DNA of 32,000 nt from Wolbachia endosymbiont of Onchocerca ochengi (GTDB taxonomy: Bacteria > Pseudomonadota > Alphaproteobacteria > Rickettsiales > Anaplasmataceae), in contig NC_018267.1 of assembly GCF_000306885.1 (NCBI RefSeq), forward strand, positions 690,001 through 722,000, read 5' to 3'. This document shows, one piece after another, positions 19,122-28,456 of this stretch; the stretch's first letter is position 1, and each line of letters starts with the position of its first letter. The translations under genes were made by a program, and so were the position numbers. The notes under the pieces are model-generated. The model did not search any database, was not told where the DNA came from, and saw nothing but the letters and a program-made list of their open reading frames with translations.

Positions 19122-21047
19122 ATGTATACGTATGACGTAGTGGTAGTAGGTGGTGGTCATGCTGGGTGTGAAGCAGCTGCGGCTGCAGTTCGCCTTGGTG
19201 CAAATACACTACTCATAACCCATAAAATTTCAACTATAGGAGAAATGTCCTGCAATCCAGCGATTGGAGGAATTGCAAAAGGTGTTGTAGTTAGAGAGAT
19301 TGATGCTCTTGATGGAATAATGGGAAGAGCAATCGATCAAGCAAGCATACACTCAGTTATTTTAAACGGTAGCAGAGGTGCAGCAGTGTGGGGACCACGT
19401 GCACAGGCAGATCGAAAACTATACAAGAGAGCAATACAGGAAATTATTCTAAATTACAACAATTTGACAGTAAAAGAAGAGTCGGTTGACGATTTTCTTA
19501 TTGAAAATGATAGCAATGGAGAGTCGTACATTAAGGCCGTTGTAACAAGCTTAGGCGAGCGTATATTGACAAGTAGAGTTGTTTTGACTACAGGAACTTT
19601 TCTGCAAGGTGTGATTCATATAGGTGAACAGACAATTCCTTCAGGAAGAATGGGGGATAAGTCTTCAATAGAACTTGCAAATACATTAAAAAAATATAAT
19701 TTTGGATTAGGTAGATTACGTACCGGAACTCCACCAAGACTTGATCGTAATACTATAAACTGCTCAATATTGCAAGAACAAGTAGGTGATAATCCACCTA
19801 CGCCGTTTTCTTATCTTACAGAAAGAACTACCCACCCTCAAGTTTCATGTTTTATTACTTATACTAATGAAAATACACACAGAATAATTCGAGAGAATCT
19901 GCACAGATCAGCTTCTTCATACTTGAATGACATTGTTGCACCAAGATATTGCCCATCGATTGAAGCTAAAGTTAAAAAGTTTGCAGAAAAAAATAGTCAC
20001 CAAATATTTCTAGAACCGGAAGGACTTGACGATAATACTATATATCCGAATGGAATTTCAAATTCATTGCCTATTGAAGTACAGTACAAAATGATAAGGA
20101 GTATCAAAGGACTTGAAAATGCAGAGATATTAAAACCTGGATATGCAATTGAGTATAATTATATTGATCCACGAGAGTTGTTTCATACTCTAGAAACTAA
20201 AAAAATTAAAGGGCTATATTTTGCCGGTCAAATTAATGGAACTACTGGATATGAAGAAGCAGCAGGACAGGGAATTGTTGCTGGAACTAATGCAGCACTT
20301 TCTGCAGCTGGAAAGAAAGGAGGATTTGTTCTTCATCGCACAGACTCGTATATCGGTGTAATGATAGATGATTTAGTTACTAAAGGTGTAATAGAACCTT
20401 ATAGGTTATTCACCTCACGTGCAGAATATAGACTAGCGATCAGATCAGACAATGCAGACAGAAGATTAACACAAAAGGGTTATGATATTTCCCTTGTATC
20501 GCATGAGAGATACTCTGTTTTACAAAGTAAACTTAAGTCTATTAAGCAACTTAAGAAAAATTTAGAGAGCTTAACAATTACTCCTGAGCAACTTAGGTTT
20601 TATGGTATAAAAACATCTTATGATGGAATGAGAAAAACAGCACTAGATCTACTTAGCTACCCCAATATCAACTGGAATAAATTACAAGAGATATGGTTGG
20701 AATTGGGTAGTGTTATGCACTGGAATGATACCATAATAAATGATGTAAATGAGAATGAGATACGTGAGGCAGTTACAATTGAAGCAAAGTACAAACCTTA
20801 TTTGATAAGACAAGAAGCAGATATGAAGTTTTTACGAGAGGAAACTAATACTCAAATTCCAATTAGCTTCGATTATTCACAAGTTCAAGGTCTATCAAGC
20901 GAAGTAATAGAAAAATTGCAGGCAATAAAACCAGCAACAATTGGCATTGCAAAGCAAATACAAGGCATTACTCCAGCAGCAATAGTTAGCATATTGGTGT
21001 ATTTGAGAAATAAGAAAATGAAAATAGCTGCTACTAATTCTGTGTAA
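19122..21047 (+). CDS. mnmG: tRNA uridine 5-carboxymethylaminomethyl modification enzyme
   Basis: 641 aa with an N-terminal FAD motif [13 protein letters not shown] and conservation typical of GidA across the full length. Confidence 0.95.
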   Translation: MYTYDVVVVGGGHAGCEAAAAAVRLGANTLLITHKISTIGEMSCNPAIGGIAKGVVVREIDALDGIMGRAIDQASIHSVILNGSRGAAVWGPRAQADRKLYKRAIQEIILNYNNLTVKEESVDDFLIENDSNGESYIKAVVTSLGERILTSRVVLTTGTFLQGVIHIGEQTIPSGRMGDKSSIELANTLKKYNFGLGRLRTGTPPRLDRNTINCSILQEQVGDNPPTPFSYLTERTTHPQVSCFITYTNENTHRIIRENLHRSASSYLNDIVAPRYCPSIEAKVKKFAEKNSHQIFLEPEGLDDNTIYPNGISNSLPIEVQYKMIRSIKGLENAEILKPGYAIEYNYIDPRELFHTLETKKIKGLYFAGQINGTTGYEEAAGQGIVAGTNAALSAAGKKGGFVLHRTDSYIGVMIDDLVTKGVIEPYRLFTSRAEYRLAIRSDNADRRLTQKGYDISLVSHERYSVLQSKLKSIKQLKKNLESLTITPEQLRFYGIKTSYDGMRKTALDLLSYPNINWNKLQEIWLELGSVMHWNDTIINDVNENEIREAVTIEAKYKPYLIRQEADMKFLREETNTQIPISFDYSQVQGLSSEVIEKLQAIKPATIGIAKQIQGITPAAIVSILVYLRNKKMKIAATNSV

Positions 21048-21055
21048 GGTATTCT

Positions 21056-22879
21056 ATGTTAAAAATTGAGGAATTTCGTTCTTTTATGCGTAAAGTAAAT
21101 GTAGATGTATTTATGCTGCACACTAAAGATGAATATTTAAATGAACATTCAGATGACTTGATCAAATTATGTGGTTTTACAGGGACAAATGGACTGCTCA
21201 TTGTTACAAAAGACAACAAGTGCCCGTTTTTTACAGATGGACGTTATATCATACAAGCCCATAACCAGCTCGATCGAGATACTTTTCAAGTATATAATAT
21301 GCAAGAAGAGAATCCGTGTGAATGGGTGAAAGCAAATTTAACATTGACCACTTCATTAGGTTATTACTCGCAGCATTTTACTGTAAAAGAGATAAGGAGA
21401 TACGAAAATATTTGTAGATTAGTATCAGTATCCTATTCAATTAAAAAAGAAAGTAATCATAAAGAACAAACTATAGTTTCGTATGCAGTTGAGTACTCAG
21501 GTGAAAGTAGTAAGAGTAAATGTGAAAAAGTGACTAAAAGTATAAATAAAGAAATTGAAGCGGTTCTCCTAACTGATCCAAATTCAATTTCATGGTTATT
21601 AAATCTAAGAAATGAAAATGCTAAGTATACTCCATGTGTATTAGGCCGTGTTATACTATATAAAAATGGTAATGTTGATTTATTTGTTCAAGACAAAGAA
21701 TATTCAACTATACAGGCAAATTTAGATAACCATATAAGTGTTTTTGATATTAGCAAGCTAGAGAGTTCACTGTGCAAACTAAATTCGGTAATGATAGATC
21801 CAAGCATAACTCCAATGAGTATTATGGCTATAATACAAAGTAAGCTGGTAGTTGAAAGAGATGATCCTTGTTTAATTTACAAAGCAGTGAAAAATCAAAC
21901 TGAAATAGCTGGAGCTATAAATGCGCATATTCGGGATGGAGTAGCAGTAACAAATTTTCTATATTGGCTTGAAAGTAGTATTAATAAGCCTCTTATAAAT
22001 TCAAATATTATCCAGGTAACTGATACTGAGACTCAGAAAAAAAACGCAGATTCCAGCATCATGCGCTGGAATAACATAAAAAAGGATCCTGATTTTTTGC
22101 TTGAACAACCATTATATGGTGGATCTAGTGTGATCACCGAACTTAGTGCTGAAGAGAAACTCTTAGAATATAGAAAAGAACAGGATTTATTTAAGCAATT
22201 AAGCTTTCCAACAATTTCCGCATTTAATGAGAATGGAGCAGTAATTCATTACCGTTCAAGCAGTAAGACGAATAAAATAATTCAGAAAGATGGATTGTAC
22301 TTGATTGATTCTGGTGGCCAATACCTTAATGGTACAACTGATATTACAAGAACTGTAGCAATTGGAAGGCCAACTAACGAACAAATAACTCATTATACAA
22401 TAGTATTGAAAGCTCATATTGCTATAGCAAGTGTAGTCTTTCCTTCTAATACTACTGGTGGGGAGCTAGATATATTGGCACGCACTCATTTATGGAAATT
22501 TGGAATAGATTACATGCATAGTACAGGACATGGAGTAGGAAATTATTTGTCAGTCCATGAAGGACCACAAGCAATATCAAAAGGGAATAAGGTAAAACTT
22601 ATGCCAGGAATGATACTTTCCAATGAACCTGGTTATTATATTCCAGGAAAATACGGAATAAGGATTGAGAATCTGATGTATATTGACAGACAAGAAAATG
22701 GCTTCTTAAACTTTAAGCAACTTACTTCTGTTCCATACGATAGAAAGCTAATAAATATACACATGCTTACTAAAAATGAAATTAATTGGATAAATAGCTA
22801 TCATCAGTTTGCTTATGAAAACTTAGAAAACGATATCAACAATAAGGAATGGTTAGAGAAAACATGTGCCCCTTTATAA
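21056..22879 (+). CDS. pepP: Xaa-Pro aminopeptidase (M24B family) with an internal in-frame insertion
   Basis: 607 aa with the metal-ligand motifs HSTGHGVGNYLSVHEGP, SNEPGYY and IRIENL. See the repeat at 22000-22125. Confidence 0.88.
   Translation: MLKIEEFRSFMRKVNVDVFMLHTKDEYLNEHSDDLIKLCGFTGTNGLLIVTKDNKCPFFTDGRYIIQAHNQLDRDTFQVYNMQEENPCEWVKANLTLTTSLGYYSQHFTVKEIRRYENICRLVSVSYSIKKESNHKEQTIVSYAVEYSGESSKSKCEKVTKSINKEIEAVLLTDPNSISWLLNLRNENAKYTPCVLGRVILYKNGNVDLFVQDKEYSTIQANLDNHISVFDISKLESSLCKLNSVMIDPSITPMSIMAIIQSKLVVERDDPCLIYKAVKNQTEIAGAINAHIRDGVAVTNFLYWLESSINKPLINSNIIQVTDTETQKKNADSSIMRWNNIKKDPDFLLEQPLYGGSSVITELSAEEKLLEYRKEQDLFKQLSFPTISAFNENGAVIHYRSSSKTNKIIQKDGLYLIDSGGQYLNGTTDITRTVAIGRPTNEQITHYTIVLKAHIAIASVVFPSNTTGGELDILARTHLWKFGIDYMHSTGHGVGNYLSVHEGPQAISKGNKVKLMPGMILSNEPGYYIPGKYGIRIENLMYIDRQENGFLNFKQLTSVPYDRKLINIHMLTKNEINWINSYHQFAYENLENDINNKEWLEKTCAPL
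22000..22125. repeat. short palindromic element inserted in frame in pepP
   Basis: A hairpin ATTCCAGC (22050-22057) - atcatgc - GCTGGAAT (22065-22072), plus CTGAG-a-CTCAG and an A8 run upstream. The core is the same as in the murF insertion. The boundaries are approximate. Confidence 0.5.
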
Positions 22880-22934
22880 ATAAAGGGAAAGCTTTTTACT
22901 CTTTAAATGAGTATTAATACAGGTGTAAAAGAGG

Positions 22935-22973
22935 TATTATATATTGTTTTTAAATTAAAAACAATATATAATA
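22935..22973. repeat. 39-bp perfect palindrome (17-bp arms, 5-nt centre) between pepP and the downstream orphan
   Basis: TATTATATATTGTTTTT-aaatt-AAAAACAATATATAATA, read directly from the sequence. Confidence 0.85.
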
Positions 22974-23003
22974 AAAAGTACGTATTTCCAGGTAGGTGTA
23001 ATT

Positions 23004-23375
23004 ATGATAGATAAAGTTCAGGAAGATGAGTTTATGAAACAGTACATGGATACTTGTAAAGAACAAATAGAAAAATTAGCTAAGGATCCTGAGTTACTTA
23101 ATCAAACCTTAAAACCATTTATGCAAATGTCTCAGCAGCTTATGGCTAGTAGTATGTTAGATGGATCTATGCCTAATAATATAGTATCTAATTTGAGTAG
23201 TATGGATATTACTAAGGTGCTTGCTCAGATGAAGGAAATGATTGATTACATAAAAAGCAACTACAAGGGACTCATGAAAAAAGATAGTTCGCAGATTCAA
23301 GAGCTTGATGAATCCAGTAGAAAACTGAGAGGCTTAGTTAGAAAGCTGATAGAAAGAATTGAAAGCAATAAATAG
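23004..23375 (+). CDS. hypothetical protein (small, helical, charged)
   Basis: 123 aa with an AGGTAGGTG SD-like sequence 5 nt upstream. I recognise no family motif. The composition suggests a helical or coiled-coil protein. Confidence 0.55.
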   Translation: MIDKVQEDEFMKQYMDTCKEQIEKLAKDPELLNQTLKPFMQMSQQLMASSMLDGSMPNNIVSNLSSMDITKVLAQMKEMIDYIKSNYKGLMKKDSSQIQELDESSRKLRGLVRKLIERIESNK

Positions 23376-23389
23376 TAGAGTTAGAGTTG

Positions 23390-24370
23390 TCAGTAGCGTA
23401 GTAAAACAGAACCCCAGGTCAGACCTGCACCTATTGCAATTAGTAGTCCAAGGCTCCCTGGTTTTATTTTCGATTTTTGTATTGCATGATCAAGTGCTAG
23501 TGGAATTGATGCTGCTGAGGTGTTTGCGTGTTGATCAACCGTATTAATCACTTTTTCTATAGGCAAATCTAACTTCTTCACTACTGCTTCAACAATACGA
23601 ATGTTTGCTTGATGAGGAGTTAACCAATCAATATCAGTAATCTCTAAATTATTGAATTTCAGTGCTTTCTTTACTGAAGCTGTTAATTTATCTACTGCAT
23701 GTTTGAATATTTCTCTTCCTTTCATGCATATTTTTCCAGGATTGCCGGTTGAGGATACTCCTCCATTCGTGCACAATATATCTATATTGCCATCAGAGTA
23801 TAGGTTAGTTGATACTATGCCACCATTTATGGATTTCTTTACTGCTTCACTACAATGCACTGATTTTATTATTATTGCGCCGGCGCCATCACCAAATAGT
23901 ACACAAGTTGATCTATCTTTCCAATCAACAATTCTAGACATTATTTCAGCACCTATAACTAGTGCATATTTAATGCTATTATTGGCTTTAATAAGCGAGT
24001 CAGCGACTGTAATTGCATATATAAAACCAGAGCATGCGGCTTGTACATCAAAAGCAAACGCATTCCTACATTTTAGTCTGCTTTGCACAATAGTTGCACA
24101 GCTAGGAAGAGTTTTGTCAGGTGTTGTTGTTGCTACTATGATTAAATTAATTTCATTTACTAAAATTTTAGCTTTTTCTATAGCATTTCTTGCTGCATTA
24201 ACAGCTAAATCTGATGTTAATTCTTCTTTATCTGCTATATGTCTTTGAGTTATTCCTGTTCTCTGTCTAATCCATTCATCACTTGTTTCAACTATCGATG
24301 CAACATCATTGTTACTCAATATTTTTTTTGGTAAGTAAGATCCAGTGCTTAATATGAAACTTTTATTCAA
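23390..24370 (-). CDS. fabH: 3-oxoacyl-ACP synthase III
   Basis: 326 aa with the active-site AACSGF, HQANIRI and NTSAASIP motifs. Confidence 0.93.
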   Translation of the reverse strand: MNKSFILSTGSYLPKKILSNNDVASIVETSDEWIRQRTGITQRHIADKEELTSDLAVNAARNAIEKAKILVNEINLIIVATTTPDKTLPSCATIVQSRLKCRNAFAFDVQAACSGFIYAITVADSLIKANNSIKYALVIGAEIMSRIVDWKDRSTCVLFGDGAGAIIIKSVHCSEAVKKSINGGIVSTNLYSDGNIDILCTNGGVSSTGNPGKICMKGREIFKHAVDKLTASVKKALKFNNLEITDIDWLTPHQANIRIVEAVVKKLDLPIEKVINTVDQHANTSAASIPLALDHAIQKSKIKPGSLGLLIAIGAGLTWGSVLLRY

Positions 24371-25412
24371 TATGACCTACCTCACTAACTATCTTTTGGT
24401 TTAAGTTTTCACTAATAGCACTTACTGCAAATTTTATAGCGTGGGCAAAAGAAACAGCATCGGAATTTCCATGGCTCTTGATGACTACGCCATTGAGCCC
24501 TAAAAACATAGCTCCACTTCTAACTTTGGGATTAAAACGCGTTAATACCTTACTAAGTTTGGATTTCAATAATACACCAATAAGCACTTTTGTTGTCCAC
24601 GAGTTGAATATTTCTTGCTTTATTAAATTAATAAAAGCACTAGCGGTTGCCTCAGCTGTTTTAAGCATTACATTGCCAACAAAACCATCAGCGACAATCA
24701 CATCAATACTGCCATCTAAAAATTCACTTGCCTCTATATATCCCCTAAAATTAATATTTGAGGTATTTTTGAGCAATTCAAAAGCTCCTCTTATTGAGTC
24801 AGTACCTTTAATTTCTTCTGTACCAATATTTAATAAAGCAACTTCAGGATTGTCAACTTTTAATGCTATTTTTGCGAATGTACTCCCCATCAACGCAAAT
24901 TGAAATAATGAGTCAGCATTACAATCAACATTTGCACCAAGATCAAGTAATACAAAGCTTTTTGCCTTAGTTGGACAGACAGTCACAATAGCAGGACGAT
25001 AGATATTTGGCAGTATTCCTAGAATAAACCTAGAAATAGCCATTAATGCTCCAGTGTTGCCTGAAGATACTGCTCCAGAAGCCTTACCTTTTCTTACTGC
25101 TTCAATGGCTGCTTTCATGCTCGAATCTTTACGATGCCTCAGTGCAAAGGATGGTTTATCATTTGCAAGAACACTGTCAGAACAATGGATCAACTCAGAA
25201 TTATTACTTACCTTCTTATATTTTAAAAGTAAAGGAGATACTTCTTTTTGGTCTCCATAAATACGAAAAAAAATTTTAATTCCTGGGTCAATAAGGTTAT
25301 CCAAAAAAAAACTAGCACCTTGAATTACTGAGAGAGGTGCAAAATCACCTCCCATAGCGTCAAGTGCGACAACTATGTTATGGTTAACAGTAGGTAACAT
25401 ATCATGATACAT
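24363..25412 (-). CDS. plsX: phosphate acyltransferase
   Basis: 349 aa sitting in the conserved rpmF-plsX-fabH order. It overlaps the fabH start by 8 nt. Confidence 0.92.
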   Translation of the reverse strand: MYHDMLPTVNHNIVVALDAMGGDFAPLSVIQGASFFLDNLIDPGIKIFFRIYGDQKEVSPLLLKYKKVSNNSELIHCSDSVLANDKPSFALRHRKDSSMKAAIEAVRKGKASGAVSSGNTGALMAISRFILGILPNIYRPAIVTVCPTKAKSFVLLDLGANVDCNADSLFQFALMGSTFAKIALKVDNPEVALLNIGTEEIKGTDSIRGAFELLKNTSNINFRGYIEASEFLDGSIDVIVADGFVGNVMLKTAEATASAFINLIKQEIFNSWTTKVLIGVLLKSKLSKVLTRFNPKVRSGAMFLGLNGVVIKSHGNSDAVSFAHAIKFAVSAISENLNQKIVSEVGHIE

Positions 25413-25417
25413 GATAG

Positions 25418-25600
25418 CTATTCTTTCTGTTGTTTGATGAAAACACGTTTTCCTTTATAACTGCCATCAATTGCTATATTGTGAGGTAACATAAATTCCC
25501 CAGTTGTTGTGCATACCGCAATATTCTTAAGCTTAATGGCATGGTGAGAACGATGCATATTACGCCTTGATTTTGACTTTTTTTTCTTTGGTACTGCCAA
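25418..25600 (-). CDS. rpmF: 50S ribosomal protein L32
   Basis: 60 aa with the N-terminus (M)AVPKKKKSKSRRNMHRSH. It has an apparent TTG start with a GGAG about 9 nt upstream. Confidence 0.9.
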   Translation of the reverse strand: MAVPKKKKSKSRRNMHRSHHAIKLKNIAVCTTTGEFMLPHNIAIDGSYKGKRVFIKQQKE

Positions 25601-25807
25601 AACTTTTCTCCATTCTACTATAAAAATTTAATCTATTAGTAACATATTTTTTACAGGAAGTAAACAGTGATAGTAAAATAAGTAAGGTTTACCATGTAAT
25701 TAATTCCTGTAAGTTTTAAACTGAAACATTTCAGTTAAAATATATTGAATTTAGAAGATACTTTACTATATAATAAAATTAATGAAAATTTTAGTAAAAC
25801 TAATTTT

Positions 25808-26575
25808 ATGCTAAGGTAAGTGCGGAAGTGATTTTTCCAATATAAATATGGTGTTAGAATGATTTGTAGGTACCTTACTGACTTTCTATTAATGCTTGGT
25901 AGTGTGTGGTATTTATATTTTTCAGTCTTTGTATCACTGCCATATATTAAGGTAACATAGCAACAAAGTAGATCATAGAAGCAGGCTTTTTCTCTTTACC
26001 GATTCTTCTTGGACTCACAGGAATTTTTATGGGAGTAGTAATAGCTTTGTGCAAAAAAATTCTGAGCTGTTCATTAATTAGTCCAGTTTTAATTAATCTA
26101 ATAATGCTGGAAAGGCTGTACTATCAATTATAGCAGAAACTGGTACGATGGTATATTACTGAATAAATGGATGTACTTATAACTTTAAGTATTAACTTCT
26201 TCAAATATTTAACCGTACTGAGAATTTTAATATCAGTTATAGTATTTCATATACTTATAACAATGCAGATTTAATAGGAATACTTAGAAGATATCACTGC
26301 AGTTTTCAAATTTAGCCACAAGAATATAATATATAAGTAAAATGTGTAGGCCCAATTCTTTAATATGTAAGATTTTATTACCGGGGGTAGTATCTAGTAG
26401 AGGAAATTGCTTTTGCTGCTATAATTTCTGTTTTAAGTTGCTATTACGGCTCCTCTTATAGAGGAGGTATACAAATGATGGAAAGTAAGTTATTTGCTAT
26501 AACATTAACTGTTTTATTTTATCGTCCATATCGTATTTGATTATTTTAGCAGCAAACTGCTTAATTACTTTGATA
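25808..26575 (+). pseudogene. decayed ABC transporter permease (MlaE/Ttg2B-like)
   Basis: Frame-shifted fragments match conserved MlaE blocks by recall. These are EAGFFSLPILLGLTGIFMGVVIALC (25978-26052), VRWYITE*MDVLITLSIN (26143-26196, compare MRVTEQIDAL..LGIN) and IAFAAIISVLSCYYGSSYRGG (from 26406). There are multiple stops, frameshifts and deletions. Confidence 0.5.
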
Positions 26576-26591
26576 CATGCATAGCCTTATA

Positions 26592-27107
26592 ATATCAAAC
26601 TTAAGCTTATCTTTACTAAAAGATCTAAATCTCAATATGTTAAAATAGGAATTACTGGTTATACTTGGTAGCTCAGGAAGTAACAAATCTGTATTAATAA
26701 AAATAACCATTAGCTTGCTGATGTCAGATTCATTATTTATTGAAATAAATAGTAAAGACTAAAATAAACTTAGAGTATCTTTCAAGGTTTCACTTTACTT
26801 AACTGCTTTACAGTTTAGAAAAGTAATATTTTTTAACTATAAAAGTTACTTTAGTATTGGCAAAAAAGAGGTAAAGCAATTATTAATTGAGAAATTGAAT
26901 GATGTTTTTTAGAATGGACCAATTTCATATTAGATATAGAAAATGAGATAGTGATAGAACTATCAGAAAATTCTGATTCCTATTATTGCAACTGCACATG
27001 GTATTTACAAGTATATTTAAAGATATCCTATAAAACTATATGAGGGAAATATCAATTTTTACGGGACTGTTCAAGAAATAAAAAACACTAAAAGTGGATA
27101 TATATAA
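26592..27107 (+). pseudogene. decayed ABC transporter ATP-binding protein (MlaF-like)
   Basis: A single frame of 172 codons carries at least 9 in-frame stops. It contains ISNLSLSLLKDLNLNMLK*ELLVILGSSGSNKSVLIKITISLLMSDS, where Walker A has degraded to GSSGSNKS (26667-26690). It ends ...IPIIATAHGIYKYI*RYPIKLYEGNINFYGTVQEIKNT, which corresponds to the H-loop and C-terminal region. The signature and Walker B region is largely deleted. Confidence 0.65.
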
Positions 27108-27159
27108 AGAAACTTATTTGCTATGTGTGTACAAAATGAAAAATCTCTATTTTTATTGC

Positions 27160-27546
27160 TTACTTTCGAGGCATATAATTCTCATCATGCTTTGCAAATA
27201 CTGTGTCTGCTAAAAAGGTTCCATTGTCGAACATTTTACCTTGTACAACAACACCACTTTTTTCTGAAAACATTGGTGGAAGTACCCCTTGATATTTTAT
27301 TAAAACACTTTTATTAAAATCTGTCACTTGGAAGATTACTTCATTCTCGTTGTGTATTACACTATTCTCAACAACCATTCCACCGATACGAATTAACTTT
27401 TGATTGTTTGGTAAAACTATCGCTTCACTTACTGTATAAAAAAATGAGATATTTTCTTTGAGTGCTATTAAGATAAGAAAAACTACGCAGTTTAAAAAGA
27501 AGGAGATTCCTGAAGCTATAAGTAATCGCTTATGTTTTCTCTTCAT
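27160..27546 (-). CDS. ccmE: cytochrome c-type biogenesis heme chaperone
   Basis: 128 aa with an N-terminal membrane anchor and the heme-binding motif FAKHDENYMP near the C-terminus. Confidence 0.9.
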   Translation of the reverse strand: MKRKHKRLLIASGISFFLNCVVFLILIALKENISFFYTVSEAIVLPNNQKLIRIGGMVVENSVIHNENEVIFQVTDFNKSVLIKYQGVLPPMFSEKSGVVVQGKMFDNGTFLADTVFAKHDENYMPRK

Positions 27547-27667
27547 TATTATTTTTAAGGCCCTCCAAAGTTTCTTTACTCTTAATATAGCAAGAAATAG
27601 TAAAAATTAACTCCCCAGCAATCAATACAAAACTAATAAGGTAAGCAAAAATTACATACGTATTCAT
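27530..27667 (-). CDS. ccmD: small single-TM protein, probable heme exporter protein D (absent from the ORF track)
   Basis: A 45-aa ORF, MNTYVIFAYLISFVLIAGELIFTISCYIKSKETLEGLKNNNEEKT. Its ATG overlaps the birA TGA (ATGA), and its 3' end overlaps the ccmE start by 17 nt. It sits where ccmD normally lies, immediately upstream of ccmE. Confidence 0.5.
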   Translation of the reverse strand: MNTYVIFAYLISFVLIAGELIFTISCYIKSKETLEGLKNNNEEKT

Positions 27668-28455
27668 AGTGTATTACCAATAAACAATTTACCTGCGTCG
27701 AAATAAAGTAAACCTCCATCTTTTTGTTGTAGTGCCAACTTACCGTTTTTATCTATACCAATAAAAATTCCCTCATACAACTTGCCAGCTAATTTTACGC
27801 TGATTTGCTTGTTCATTTTGAATGCTTTTTTTAACCACATGTTTCTTATAGCACAAAACCCGTCAAATATCCACTGCTTTCTTAACTCATTAAAATTTAT
27901 TATCAATTCTTTTAATAGATCTATGTTAGATGAAGACTCACCGTAACTGCTAATGCATGTTGTCCATGAAAACGGTGCATGATTAATGTTAATTCCAATT
28001 CCTATAACTAGCCAATTTGAATTGGATTTTTTTTCAAGCAATATCCCGCTTATTTTTCTACCATCTACCAAAATGTCATTTGGCCATTTATATTGAATGT
28101 TACCGTCATCTATAGATGACGATAACGTGTTGCCGACAGCAAGAGCAGTAACAAAAGTCAATTCTGTCAATTTACTTAAACTTTCTCTGTTATTCCAACG
28201 TGTAATGTTGTAATTCATTATTGGAATGATACTAGTGTGATTATATAAAAAATCTATGATTAAACTTACATAAAAATTACCCTTTGGAGAAATCCAGCTT
28301 TTTCCAGTGCGTCCTCTACCATCTGTTTGCTTATCGGCAATAATAACAGATTCGTTTGATATCCCTTTATCAATTAAGTCCAATGCTTTTCCATTGGTAC
28401 TAGAGACTTCTTTATAATGATAAATATGAAAACCTTCAAATGTTTTAGGGAACAC
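27664..28455 (-). CDS. birA: biotin--[acetyl-CoA-carboxylase] ligase
   Basis: 263 aa with a GTG start 1 nt after the nuoN stop. It has the motif DKQTDGRGRTGKSWISPKG. Confidence 0.88.
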   Translation of the reverse strand: MFPKTFEGFHIYHYKEVSSTNGKALDLIDKGISNESVIIADKQTDGRGRTGKSWISPKGNFYVSLIIDFLYNHTSIIPIMNYNITRWNNRESLSKLTELTFVTALAVGNTLSSSIDDGNIQYKWPNDILVDGRKISGILLEKKSNSNWLVIGIGININHAPFSWTTCISSYGESSSNIDLLKELIINFNELRKQWIFDGFCAIRNMWLKKAFKMNKQISVKLAGKLYEGIFIGIDKNGKLALQQKDGGLLYFDAGKLFIGNTL

Positions 28456-28456
28456 T

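Noticed and set aside
20686-20730. ACTGGAAT and CACTGGAATGA motifs in mnmG, considered as a third in-frame palindromic element.
   Set aside because: There is no inverted partner (ATTCCAG) nearby. The motifs simply encode Trp-Asn, and the local protein length excess over other MnmG proteins is small.
23652-24248. A 198-aa ORF on the + strand. The same applies to similar long ORFs at 24478-24903, 1804-2142, 4530-4868, 11289-11663, 30065-30403, 8486-8824, 8926-9180, 15840-16121, 16233-16472 and 29577-29846.
   Set aside because: Each lies entirely antisense to a strongly conserved gene (fabH, plsX, mdh, truB, nuoM, pnp, lolD, nuoN and so on). They have no SD and a Ser/Leu/Ile/Phe-heavy composition typical of antisense frames. 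The opposite-strand products carry clear family motifs.
27123-27317. A 64-aa + strand ORF.
   Set aside because: It is antisense to ccmE, which has the diagnostic heme-binding motif, and it has no translation signals.
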